Source: Macrostomum lignano
Taxonomy: Eukaryota
Length of the DNA: 64,000 nt
Direction of reading: 5' to 3'
Assembly (NCBI GenBank): GCA_002269645.1
Contig: NIVC01000215.1
Coordinates: forward strand, 62,001 to 126,000
Shown here: one piece after another, positions 28,101 through 38,028 of the stretch
How the letters are laid out: every line of letters begins with the position of its first letter
Numbering within the stretch: the stretch's first letter is position 1
Made by a program: the position numbers and the translations under genes
Notes under the pieces: model-generated
The model's database searches: none
Seen by the model: the letters and a program-made list of their open reading frames with translations, nothing else
Told to the model about the DNA's origin: nothing

Positions 28101-30008
28101 GTCCCGATTGGAGTGAGTTAGTGAGTCCCGATTGGAGTGAGTCAGTGAGTCCCGATTGGAGTGAGTCAGTGAGTCCCGATTGCAGTGAGTCAGTGAGTCA
28201 TACTTGCAGTGAGTCCCGATTGGAGTGATTCAGTGAGTCCCGATTGGAGTGAGTCAGTGAGTCCTGATTGGAGTGAGTCAGTGAGTCCCGATTGGAGTCC
28301 TGATTGGAGTGAGTCAGTGAGACCCGATTGGAGTGAGTCAGTGAGTCCCAATTGGAGTCCCGATTGGAGTGAGTTAGTGAGTCCCGATTGGAGTGAGTCA
28401 GTGAGTCCCGATTGGAGTGAGTCAGTGAGTCCCGATTGGAGTGAGTCAGTGAGTCCCGATTGGAGTGAGTCAGTGAGTCCCGATTGCAGTGAGTCAGTGA
28501 GTCCTACTTGCAGTGAGTCCCGATTGGAGTGAGTCAGTGAGTCCCGATTGGAGTGAGTCAGTGAGTCCCGATTGGAGTGAGTCAGTGAGTCCCGATTGGA
28601 GTGAGTCAGTGAGTCCCGATTGGAGTGAGTCAGTGAGTCCCGATTGGAGTGAGTCAGTGAGTCCCGATTGGAGTGAGTCAGTGAGTCCCGATTGGAGTGA
28701 GTCAGTGAGTCCCGATTGGAGTGAGTCAGTGAGTCCCGATTGGAGTGAGTCAGTGAGTCCCGATTGGAGTGAGTCAGTGAGTCCCGATTGGAGTGAGTCA
28801 GTGAGTCCCGATTGGAGTGAGTCAGTGAGTCCCGATTGGAGTGAGTCAGTGAGTCCCGATTGGAGTCCTGATTGGAGTGAGTCAGTGAGACCCGATTGGA
28901 GTGAGTCAGTGAGTCCCGATTGGAGTCCTGATTGGAGTGGTCAGTGAGTCCCGATTGGAGTCCCGATTGGAGTGAGTTAGTGAGTCCCGATTGGAGTGAG
29001 TCAGTGAGTCCCGATTGGAGTGAGTCAGTGAGTCCCGATTGCAGTGAGTCAGTGAGTCATACTTGCAGTGAGTCCCGATTGGAGTGATTCAGTGAGTCCC
29101 GATTGGAGTGAGTCAGTGAGTCCTGATTGGAGTGAGTCAGTGAGTCCCGATTGGAGTCCTGATTGGAGTGAGTCAGTGAGACCCGATTGGAGTGAGTCAG
29201 TGAGTCCCAATTGGAGTCCCGATTGGAGTGAGTTAGTGAGTCCCGATTGGAGTGAGTCAGTGAGTCCCGATTGGAGTGAGTCAGTGAGTCCCGATTGGAG
29301 TGAGTCAGTGAGTCCCGATTGGAGTGAGTCAGTGAGTCCCGATTGCAGTGAGTCAGTGAGTCCTACTTGCAGTGAGTCCCGATTGGAGTGAGTCAGTGAG
29401 TCCCGATTGGAGTGAGTCAGTGAGTCCCGATTGGAGTGAGTCAGTGAGTCCCGATTGGAGTGAGTCAGTGAGTCCCGATTGGAGTGAGTCAGTGAGTCCC
29501 GATTGGAGTGAGTCAGTGAGTCCCGATTGGAGTGAGTCAGTGAGTCCCGATTGGAGTGAGTCAGTGAGTCCCGATTGGAGTGAGTCAGTGAGTCCCGATT
29601 GGAGTGAGTCAGTGAGTCCCGATTGGAGTGAGTCAGTGAGTCCCGATTGGAGTGAGTCAGTGAGTCCCGATTGGAGTGAGTCAGTGAGTCCCGATTGGAG
29701 TGAGTCAGTGAGTCCCGATTGGAGTGAGCCAGTGAACCGTGAATCACCTGAGTCCCAACGCCGAATCCCTAACTCAGCCTCCCAATGTCCCCATCGCCCA
29801 GGTCGGTGCCATCCTGGACGCTTCCCCGGTGTGGAAGGACTATAAAGACCAGCTGCACGACCTGTTCATCTCCAACGCGCCGTCTGTGGCCGGCTACCTG
29901 ACGGCGGGCACTCCCCAGGTGGCCGGCTACCTGTTGAACTCGGCCAGTGGCGGCGGCGGCGGCCCGGCCGCTAGCAAAGCTCCGCCAAAGGATCCGTTTC
30001 TTAGTTAA
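419..30008 (+). CDS. DNAJC13: RME-8 / DnaJ homolog subfamily C member 13, spliced; 5' exon(s) upstream of window
   Basis: Exons defined by splice sites and phase: 419-833, 1217-1270, 2001-2209, 2467-2842, 3897-4253, 4939-5427, 5748-6310, 9123-9282, 9375-9437, 10022-10123, 10209-10442, 10863-11222, 15963-16432, 17322-17533, 18763-19182, 19953-20485, 22226-22342, 23788-24066, 24230-24613, 25282-26064, 29802-30008. Total 6787 nt, all phases consistent. RME-8 motifs: [47 protein letters not shown] (GYF_2), [18 protein letters not shown] domain [42 protein letters not shown]. Confidence 0.95.
838..1020. repeat. (GTA)n microsatellite, RME-8 intron
   Basis: Visible gtagtagta run with gca/tta interruptions. 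Confidence 0.95.
1558..1868 (+). mobile_element. tRNA-derived CORE-type SINE
   Basis: A-box-like gcagcctagtggttagag, B-box ggttcgattc, CORE-like gtgtccttgagcaagacacttaactc...ctgtaaaatg, (ATT)n tail; a second copy lies inverted at 44033-44333. Confidence 0.75.
2262..2420. repeat. 25-bp intronic minisatellite (cccaactgtacacccagacccccac)
   Basis: About 6 tandem copies visible. Confidence 0.9.
2868..3826. repeat. 23-bp intronic minisatellite (ctttggtccttcaatgggccgct)
   Basis: About 40 degenerate tandem copies. Confidence 0.95.
4297..4903. repeat. 30-bp intronic minisatellite (gtcatagtggatgctttgtgtcatttctag)
   Basis: About 20 near-identical copies; gives a 10-aa period in the ORF track. Confidence 0.95.
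5432..5652. repeat. 46-bp intronic minisatellite
   Basis: gtcccttatcttaatctgccaggaatgcttcaggtgtgcgtgtgct, about 5 copies starting at the donor. Confidence 0.9.
6345..9075. repeat. 28-bp intronic minisatellite (aacattctagaccttcaggtagctgctc/g/a)
   Basis: Roughly 95-100 highly homogeneous copies. Confidence 0.97.
9468..9991. repeat. 33-bp minisatellite followed by a related 20-bp unit
   Basis: ccttcagtgcattgccgctatcctctccctgat copies, then gccgctaccctccccggatc copies. Confidence 0.93.
10452..10806. repeat. (ACTG)n/(GCTG)n microsatellite
   Basis: Visible tetranucleotide run. Confidence 0.95.
11252..14437. repeat. 40-42-bp intronic minisatellite (gatcccctgctctgtgtcatgcttctgttaatgggacact)
   Basis: Roughly 75-80 copies with 40/41/42-bp variants. 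Confidence 0.97.
15017..15725. repeat. 16-bp minisatellite (cttcaccagctcgaat)
   Basis: Tandem copies; the leader aacaatgt(t/c)aagctgaggaattgttttcgcc occurs twice (about 14991 and 15204). Confidence 0.9.
16517..17228. repeat. 23-bp unit (ttaggcgcttaggaaatcacaaa) grading into a 22-bp unit (ttagacgcttgggaaatagata)
   Basis: Two related adjacent arrays. Confidence 0.92.
17322..17533 (+). other. Exon encoding the J domain (HPD motif) of RME-8
   Basis: [40 protein letters not shown] between ttcag and gtaagt. Confidence 0.9.
17548..18680. repeat. 30-bp minisatellite (gtagtgtgcatacagcctgtgtcactccat) grading into a 32-bp variant
   Basis: 10-aa period in ORF track; gtaatgtacatacagcctgagtcagattccct at the 3' side. 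Confidence 0.95.
19201..19785. repeat. (GTA)n microsatellite
   Basis: Visible run; source of the poly-S and poly-V ORFs. Confidence 0.95.
20562..22190. repeat. 23/22-bp intronic minisatellite (ccctaaaccagactgagaatcgc)
   Basis: About 70 copies; a 22-bp ccccaaaccagaccgagaatcg variant at the 3' end. Confidence 0.96.
22378..23745. repeat. 30-bp intronic minisatellite (gtgcttcagtgaccttctctacacatctca) with two interspersed variants
   Basis: About 45 copies; 10-aa period ORFs. Confidence 0.96.
24088..24195. repeat. (ACAG)n microsatellite
   Basis: Visible run inside the 163-bp intron. Confidence 0.9.
24653..25115. repeat. (ATTG)n microsatellite
   Basis: Visible run. Confidence 0.93.
26065..29735. 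repeat. 24-bp intronic satellite (gtgagtcccgattggagtgagtca) with higher-order structure
   Basis: About 150 units; diagnostic variants recur every 0.80-0.86 kb. Confidence 0.97.
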
Positions 30009-30137
30009 TTGGCGATTCCGATTGTTAAATACCTGATCCTAACTGATGACGTAATGTACTTTATTGAATTATAGAAGTGCAGCATAGATATTAGCGCTGA
30101 TGTTAGCAGTTGGCACTGGCACCATAGTTTGAGATTC

Positions 30138-31160
30138 CATTGGGGAATTTCCATAGTGTAAGGAATTATATAGGGGAATTTCCATAGTGTAAAAATTTTA
30201 TAGGGGAATCTCCGTAGTGAAATTAATTCTATAGGGGAATCTCCATAGGGAAAGGAATTCTATAGGGGAATCTCCATAGTGTAAGGAATTCTATAGGGAA
30301 TTTCCATAGGGAAAGGAATTCTATAGGGGGAACTTCCATAGTGTAAGGAATTCTATAGCGGGAATCCCATAGTGTAAGGAATTCTATAGGGGAATCTCCA
30401 TAGTGTAAGGAATTCTATAGGGGGAATCCCATAGTGTAAGGAATTCTATAGGGGAATCCCATAGTGTAAGGAATTCTATAGGGGGAATCCCATAGTGTAA
30501 GGAATTCTATAGGGGGAATCCCATAGTGTAAGGAATTCTATAGGGGAATCTCCATAGTGTAAGGAATTCTATAGGGGAATCTCCATAGTGTAAGGAATTC
30601 TATAGGGGGAATCCCATAGTGTAAGGAATTCTATAGGGGGAATCCCATAGTGTAAGGAATTCTATAGGGGGAATCCCATAGTGTAAGGAATTCTATAGGG
30701 GGAATCCCATAGTGTAAGGAATTCTATAGGGGAATCTCCATAGTGTAAGGAATTATATAGGGGAATCTCCGTAGTGAAATTAATTCTATAGGGGAACCTC
30801 ATAGTGAAAGGAATTCTATAGGGGGAATCCCATAGTGTAAGGAATTCTATAGGGGAATCTCCATAGTGTAAGGAATTCTATAGGGGGAATCCCATAGTGT
30901 AAGGAATTCTATAGGGGGAATCCCATAGTGTAAGGAATTCTATAGGGGGAATCCCATAGTGTAAGGAATTCTATAGGGGGAATCCCATAGTGTAAGGAAT
31001 TCTATAGGGGGAATCCCATAGTGTAAGGAATTCTATAGGGGGAATCCCATAGTGTAAGGAATTCTATAGGGGGAATCCCATAGTGTAAGGAATTCTATAG
31101 GGGGAATCCCATAGTGTAAGGAATTCTATAGGGGGAATCCCATAGTGTAAGGAATTCTAT
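30138..31160. repeat. 31-32-bp minisatellite downstream of the RME-8 stop (ccatagtgtaaggaattctatagggggaatc)
   Basis: About 30 copies, more degenerate at the 5' edge. Confidence 0.95.
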
Positions 31161-33512
31161 ATGAGCCTAGAATATAATTATTTAAATTCACGCGTCTGTC
31201 TGTCTGCGCTGTCAGACCGGCTGTCTTTCTAATGCGTATTTGAAATTCAACTCTATTGTAGCAGAGCTCTCCAAACTGATTCTGTCTGACCCTGTGCATG
31301 CGGCCATCTTGAGATGATTTGTTCACACTTTTATAACCGGCATCATTCGCTATGATCATATTAGTGCATATATCCATATTAATATTGCTATTCTTATATT
31401 TGTTTTGTAAATTTCTCTGCCTCATGTTTTTCTATAACTGTTAGTATGCCGACGTAATGATATAATATTCAATTTTTAATATTGGTGAGATCGGAAGAAC
31501 AAATAACTTAATATCCCGGATGATTTCTCTCTCGATTTTCAATTGTTCTTTTTCTGATAGTCTAATTTGTGTTTGTTTGTTTGTTTGTTAGGTCGCGCTA
31601 AACTTGGATCAAGTTTTAACAAATTGTCGCATCCACTGCGTGTAGAGACTTACATTTGAGCTATAACTATTGATACAATATATCCAAGATTAATCAATAA
31701 AATTCTGCACCGTCAAAATTGGTCTTTAATCTACAGGTGCCAGTCTGAACAGTTTTTATTCTGATTAATTCTGCTCAAAATTAATTTTATTCTGCATAAA
31801 TAAATTGTTATTAAAATATGAATATGTTTCATAGAAAATAGTTTATAATTATTTGTTAATTATACGGGGAAATCATTTTTAAACTCGTTTCAAGACGACA
31901 AAATTAAGGAATGAAGAGATTAGAGATTATCGTGGTACATGTATATGCACAGACCGCATGAGCTGAGAATTACAAAGCGATAACACTGCAGCCACTGGGG
32001 CATCGAAACGGAAAAATGGAAAGCAAATTAACAAAAAATAGGCGAAGCGAAAAGCAGAGAGATTCGCCGGCTCTCTTGCGAAGCGGAAATTTGCCGAATT
32101 GTTCTAATCGGCGCGAAAAAAAATTATAACTATCGTTTTGATGAGTTAAATTTCAAAATAACTCTCGATTGGCTTTTTGAAGCGAAAAATCTGAAAATAG
32201 AAAAATAGCTATCCTGGTTTTAAAAAATCAAAATTTGGCTTTAAATCTGGCTTAGTTGAACAAAAACAAATTATTTAACCTCTACAATAATTAAGTACAA
32301 GTACAAGTGCACTTTATAATGTACAGTAGCAACGGATGCTTTGTTAGGACAGAAAGTAAATTAAAAGTGCAATCTGTCATCTGGCTAATTTTATTTACAA
32401 AAATCTGCACAGGTCTGAGCATCACAATTGGCCTGTTGTTAATACCAAGAAAGAATCAATAAAAAGTAAAAAAAAACATTTAGGACGGCTTTTTAAAAGG
32501 TGGCTTTTATTCTCTGAAAATAGATCAACAAAGTCACGTGATCGATTGGACGGATAGAGTAGAAAAGCATTGAGTTTTTAAAATACGTGTACATCTTTTA
32601 AAAAATCGGTCGAGAAGAAAGTTTCTGAAAAAACGCGGTTCATACTACTGTCTAGCTACTATATAAAAATCTAGCGCGTATGAGTGAAAAAATATATACT
32701 TAAGGCACTCTATTTTTAAGGAGTTACCAGTGTATGAGACACGATTCTCTTGCAACATTTACATGCTTAATGGTCGAGCCTGCTCACGTGGCGTGATTTT
32801 ATTTATGTAGTGAATTTCGGCCGCAGAAAAAGTATATGTTGCTAATTTAGCCATGAGTACCACATATTAGAAACACATAGATTAGACCAACTCATTTGTT
32901 TGATACCTGCACTGAACTACTTTCCATTAGGCGTCTGTTTAGTTTTTATGGCTAAATTTATATTGAAACTAAAATTATCTGTAATATTTAGATTTTAGAC
33001 TTAGGGCTTTGGCTTACATGTATGAGATACCTTGCTACCTTGCTTTTACTCGTATCTTCGTGCTTGACTCTTAATTTTATCGACCAAACCGGTCCCTCCG
33101 ACGGCGTCTTCCACACGCGAAGTCCCGCTCCGGTCCCGTTTTATTGCCTTCCCCTCTGCCATGTACATTTTCGGTGGCGGCTAGCCAATGTACATTAAGA
33201 CTAAACCGCGATAACAAATTATTTACGACTGCATGTTGCGCGCGTTCCTTTCGTGAAAATCCTTAATTTCTGTGGTGGCTTAAATATTTAAAAAGCCGTG
33301 CGCATTCGTACGTCCCGAAGTAGACTGAATGCATTTTGCAAGAAATTTAGCGAGGGACAAATCTAGTGTTTCTAATAATATCCGTGTTTAAGAAAACTTC
33401 CTGCTATTCAAAAGTCGAACAAGCTCAGCTAATAACTGAAAATCCCTATATAAGTAGTAACTAAAACATTTTCTAGTGGCCTCTTATTCACTTTAGACTC
33501 AATTTTTGCCCG

Positions 33513-33564
33513 TCAAAGCTGCTTAGCAACCTCGGCGAGCAATCTAGTGGGACTGCTGTCCCTG

Positions 33565-33596
<32 letters not shown>

Positions 33597-36148
33597 CAGT
33601 TGCTGCTGCAGGGGCTGTTGCTGGTGCAGACAGTCAGACGAGTCAGACAGCACAGCCGCGGCCAGACCTGTCCGGCCCAGGTAGGGAAATTTATTGCAGT
33701 CACTCAGGCAGGGATCATTGTTGGATAGAAAGCTGGACTTGCTGCCCACTGGCGGTCTCTGCGCTATGGGCTGCAGGCTGCGGGATGTTGCCATGTTTTT
33801 GCCATTTTTTTGCATTCTTGCACGGAAATCCTTTGTGAGTATCATAGATGCTTTCTCGGAATCGCAGGTGAGCAGCTCAATATCATTCACAGAAATCCAA
33901 GGTGAACAGCTCAATATCATTCACAGAAATCCAAGGTGAACAGCTCAATATCATTCACAGAGATTCAAGGTGAACAGCTCAATATCATTCACAGAGATTC
34001 AAGGTGAACAGCTCAATATCATTCACAGAGATTCAAGGTGAACAGCTCAATATCATTCACAGAGATTCAAGGTGAACAGCTCAATGTCATTCACAGAGAT
34101 TCAAGGTGAACAGCTCAATATCATTCACAGAGATTTAAGGTGAACAGCTCAATATCATTCACAGAGATTCAAGGTGAACAGCTCAATGTCATTCACAGGG
34201 ATCCCAGGCAAAGCGCTCTCAACCAGAGATGAAGAAGGAAGTCTCCAGTGACTCACCGGTCAGTTGGCCGGAGCTGCTGCTGCTTCTTTTGCTGCTCAAT
34301 GGCTGGCGGAGGCTTCAGCGCCACCTCAAAGAGTTTCCTCTGCAGGCACTCGCTCGGATCCAAGTTGAGCACCGTTCGAATCGGCGGTTTAAGCGGGCCG
34401 CCCGCCGCGCACCGGTTTCTAAACGGGGAACTGCCGGTTAGGCCTGTGGGTAAATTGCGGACAGATGAAGAAGCACGCATGAGAGAAAAAATGTTTCTTC
34501 AGGTCCTTGGTTGCAGTTAAAAATCAGTTTGATAAGCTTTTGCCCATTAGGCCGAAAAATACGCGCAAAGTCTACTAAAAGTAGGATGGGCAATCAGGTT
34601 CGCTCTTCTTACCCAGCTCGGAGACGTCGTCGACGCTACGGTGCAGAGCCAGCCGCGGCAGCAGTGTGGCCGGACTGTAGCTGGCTTCGTCCGGCTCCTG
34701 CCACATCGACTTGGGAAGGTGGCGGCTTCGCATGGGAACGCTGGCGGCTACTGGGGCCACGGACGGAAGCTGCTGCTGCTGCTGAAGAAGGGCGCGCTTC
34801 TCCTTCAGACGGCCGCCGCCTATCCAGTTCAATTCGGAGAAGTTTTTGCGAAAGAGAATGCATTGATTTGTTTACTTTAATAAGTAAGCAGGGCAGGATG
34901 GAGCTGGACACTGCAGGGACAGCTGATGGAGGACACTGCAGGGACAGCTGATGGAGGACACTGCAGGGACAGCTGATGGAGGACACTGCAGGGACAGCTG
35001 ATGGAGGACACTGCAGGGACAGCTGATGGAGGACATTGCAGGGACAGCTGATGGAGGACACTGCAGGGACAGCTGATGGAGGACATTGCAGGGACAGCTG
35101 ATGGAGGACACTGTAGGGACAGCTGATGGAGGACATTGCAGGGACAGCTGATGGAGGACACTGCAGGGACAGCTGATGGAGGACACTGCAGGGACAGCTG
35201 ATGGAGGACATTGCAGGGACATCTGATGGAGGACATTGCAGGGACATCTGATGGAGGACACTGCAGGGACATCTGATGGAGGACACTGCAGGGACAGCTG
35301 ATGGAGGACATTGCAGGGACAGCTGATGGAGGACACTGTAGGGACATCTGATGGAGGACATTGCAAGGACAGCTGATGGAGGACATTGCAGGGACAGCTG
35401 ATGGAGGACACTGTAGGGACAGCTGATGGAGGACACTGCAGGGACATCTGATGGAGGACACTGTAGGGACAGCTGATGGAGGACATTGCAGGGACAGCTG
35501 ATGGAAGACACTGCAGGGACAGCTGATGGAGGACATTGCAGGGACATCTGATGGAGGACACTGTAGGGACAGCTGATGGAGGACACTGCAGGGACATCTG
35601 ATGGAGGACACTGCAGGGACATCTGATGGAGGACATTGCAGGGACATCTGATGGAGGACACTGCAGGGACATCTGATGGAGGACACTGCAGGGACATCTG
35701 ATGGAGGACACTGCAGGGACATCTGATGGAGGACACTGCAGGGACAGCTGATGGAGGACACTGTAGGGACAGCTGATGGAGGACACTGCAGGGACATCTG
35801 ATGAAAGACACAAAATAAAAAAGTCTGGAATCTTCCGTCACCTGCTCTGTGCTGCTGCACCGGGTGAGCGTGCGCATGGTCCAGGAAGCCCGGCGCCCGA
35901 CGGTAAACCTGGCAGGTGGAGGAGGCGCAGCTGCTGGTGTCCTCGGCGCTGTCGTCATCCGAGGAGCTGGTCCTCAGCGGCTGATTTGCTCGCCTACGTC
36001 GCCCGGACGAGCCGCCGGACGAGGAGTCCGTTGACGCCGACGAGATGCACGGCGTCCCTAGGCCGGAATCCGGCTCTGGCGGCGCTGCCTTGGTGTTGAT
36101 TGGCACCAGGGTGCTCTTGCGGCCACCGCCAAATGGCCTGCTTGCCAT
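33513..36148 (-). CDS. Predicted 4-exon gene, about 334-aa low-complexity (S/Q/R-rich) protein of unknown function
   Basis: Exons 36148-35842, 34819-34613, 34443-34257, 33816-33513 are joined by GT-AG introns with matching phases (1,1,2) into a stop-free 1005-nt ORF; no recognisable domain; true start uncertain. Confidence 0.55.
33866..34200. repeat. 34-bp intronic minisatellite (gtgaacagctcaatatcattcacagagattcaag)
   Basis: About 10 copies. Confidence 0.93.
34906..35803. repeat. 25-bp intronic minisatellite (gacactgcagggacagctgatggag)
   Basis: About 36 copies. Confidence 0.95.
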
Positions 36149-37653
36149 TGGACACGGTGGACAGCGGCTGGCTTATGGGCTGGGCAGTTTCAGCTGGGAC
36201 GCCAATTTCGCTGGCATGAAGATGCAAGTTTATCAAGTTTTCGATCCATTGTAAATTTTTGTTTTTTATAACTTTCTTATTTTTAATTTTGTTAAAAAAT
36301 TCTATTTCCAGAGGTCATATAGTTCATTATTCTTATTTAAATGGTCAAAATGAATTTGTTTAAATTATTTGAGAGATAGAATTTCATTAGAAGAAATATT
36401 TAGAGCTATTAATTCAAATTTAATCTGTGTTTTTAAAGTAGACAATAAGTGCGTATTTCCTAAAATTTTATTTCAATTGAATTTTAGCATGACATGTATA
36501 AAATACACAAGAAAATAGTGTTAATATAATTCAAGTAACTCCAGGAATTCCACCTTTATTATTTATGACTGCTGATACAGGACCATATAAATTGACATAA
36601 TGCCTTTAAAATGCTAATTGTCATTAATATTCACAACTTACAATTTAAAAAATGTTTTTGCTTTTTGCTATTTTAGCTAAAGCATTACTGTACTTTAAAG
36701 GTTGAGGAGCACAATCTAACCTTATACTACAACTACAAGGCGTCAACTCATCATTGATTCTTGTTTTTCTTATAATTTGGACATTTTAATTCAGAGCTGC
36801 ATTTAAAAAGGTCAGATAGTTTATAATTCTTCTTTAAATAGTCAAAAATAATATTGACTTTATTTGCAAGTTGTAGATTAAAACTTGCATTTGTTAATAC
36901 ATATTTCTTCCAATTCCTATAAACTTTGTATAAAAACAACGTCTAGAAACCTAAAATTAATAGAAATAGGTATTCTTCTTCAAATACTAATAAATCAAAC
37001 CATATAAAAAGTAATGGAATAACTTTCAGAAAATTTTAGCAAAAAGCAAAACTAGAAATACTGATTACTAGAAATAACTAATATAGTTATATCTAGTTAT
37101 TTCTAGGTCTCTTAAGCAGATTACGGAATTAGTATATTGGATTATATCTAGCTAAGCTTTGTGATACTCTAATTGAATTAAATACAGAATTTTACTCTTG
37201 CGGACGTCGATTACATTAAATTTATCCAAATTTTATCTACAACGTACATTTTTACCAACGTATGTACAACGTCAAAGCTAATTGTAGTCGAATCGAATAG
37301 TGAATTCATTCTTTAAACAATGCGGTATCCGGGTAAAACAGACAAAAACAGTGTATTTTGATATGAGATTAAATTCTTAACCTTATCAACAAAGAAAAAA
37401 GATACACTTTCTTCTTTTATCCTACCTAACCAAATAAAGTCTTTTATCCTCAAAAGATTTGTTAAAAAAGTTATAGTAGAATTTCATTCATGCCGGTGGT
37501 GTGTAGTTTACATTATCGGAAGTTAATGCTTCGACTGTAAAAAAATTGCTAGCAAGCTATCAACATTCGTGGTCCTTGACTCCTTGTCAAAATTATAAAT
37601 GCTAATACGAATCATTAACGAAGAAAGATTGAGAATCACTTACCAGTAAGCAT

Positions 37654-38028
37654 CGGGGGCGTCGCCATGGATTTTATTGTGAGAGGAACAAAAAGCCAGT
37701 AATATACATGTACATGTCATGACTGTACATGAATTCTTACATGTAAATTTTTCAGAATCGGTGTTGTGAGCACTCATTTTAGCGCCGCAAGCACTTTTTT
37801 TGGCGCCGCAGGCGCTCTCATTTTAGCGCCGCAGGCACTCATTTTGGCGCCGCAGCCACTCATTTTTGGTGCCGCCGCAGCACTATGTTTTGTCGCCCTG
37901 CAGCAAAATTGTTGATTTCCATAACGGGTCACAGGGTGGGGTAGGGGGACAAAACAGCTATCTTTTACGGGGGGTGGGGGGTACATGTCCCCCTGTGTCC
38001 CCCCACCGTGCTGCAGGCGACGCCCCTG
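37654..38028. mobile_element. hAT-like MITE
   Basis: TIRs cgggggcgtcgcc / ggcgacgcccctg; flanks gtaagcat and gtaaagcat look like a decayed 8-bp TSD; internal cactcattttagcgccgcag repeats. Confidence 0.65.

Noticed and set aside
31185-33370. Possible Helitron/DINE-like pieces: (GTCT)n, (GTTT)n, ctactatataaaaatct and a ...aaatCTAG|T end
   Set aside because: Only loose resemblance; no clear terminal hairpin or second copy visible, so it needs a repeat-library search.
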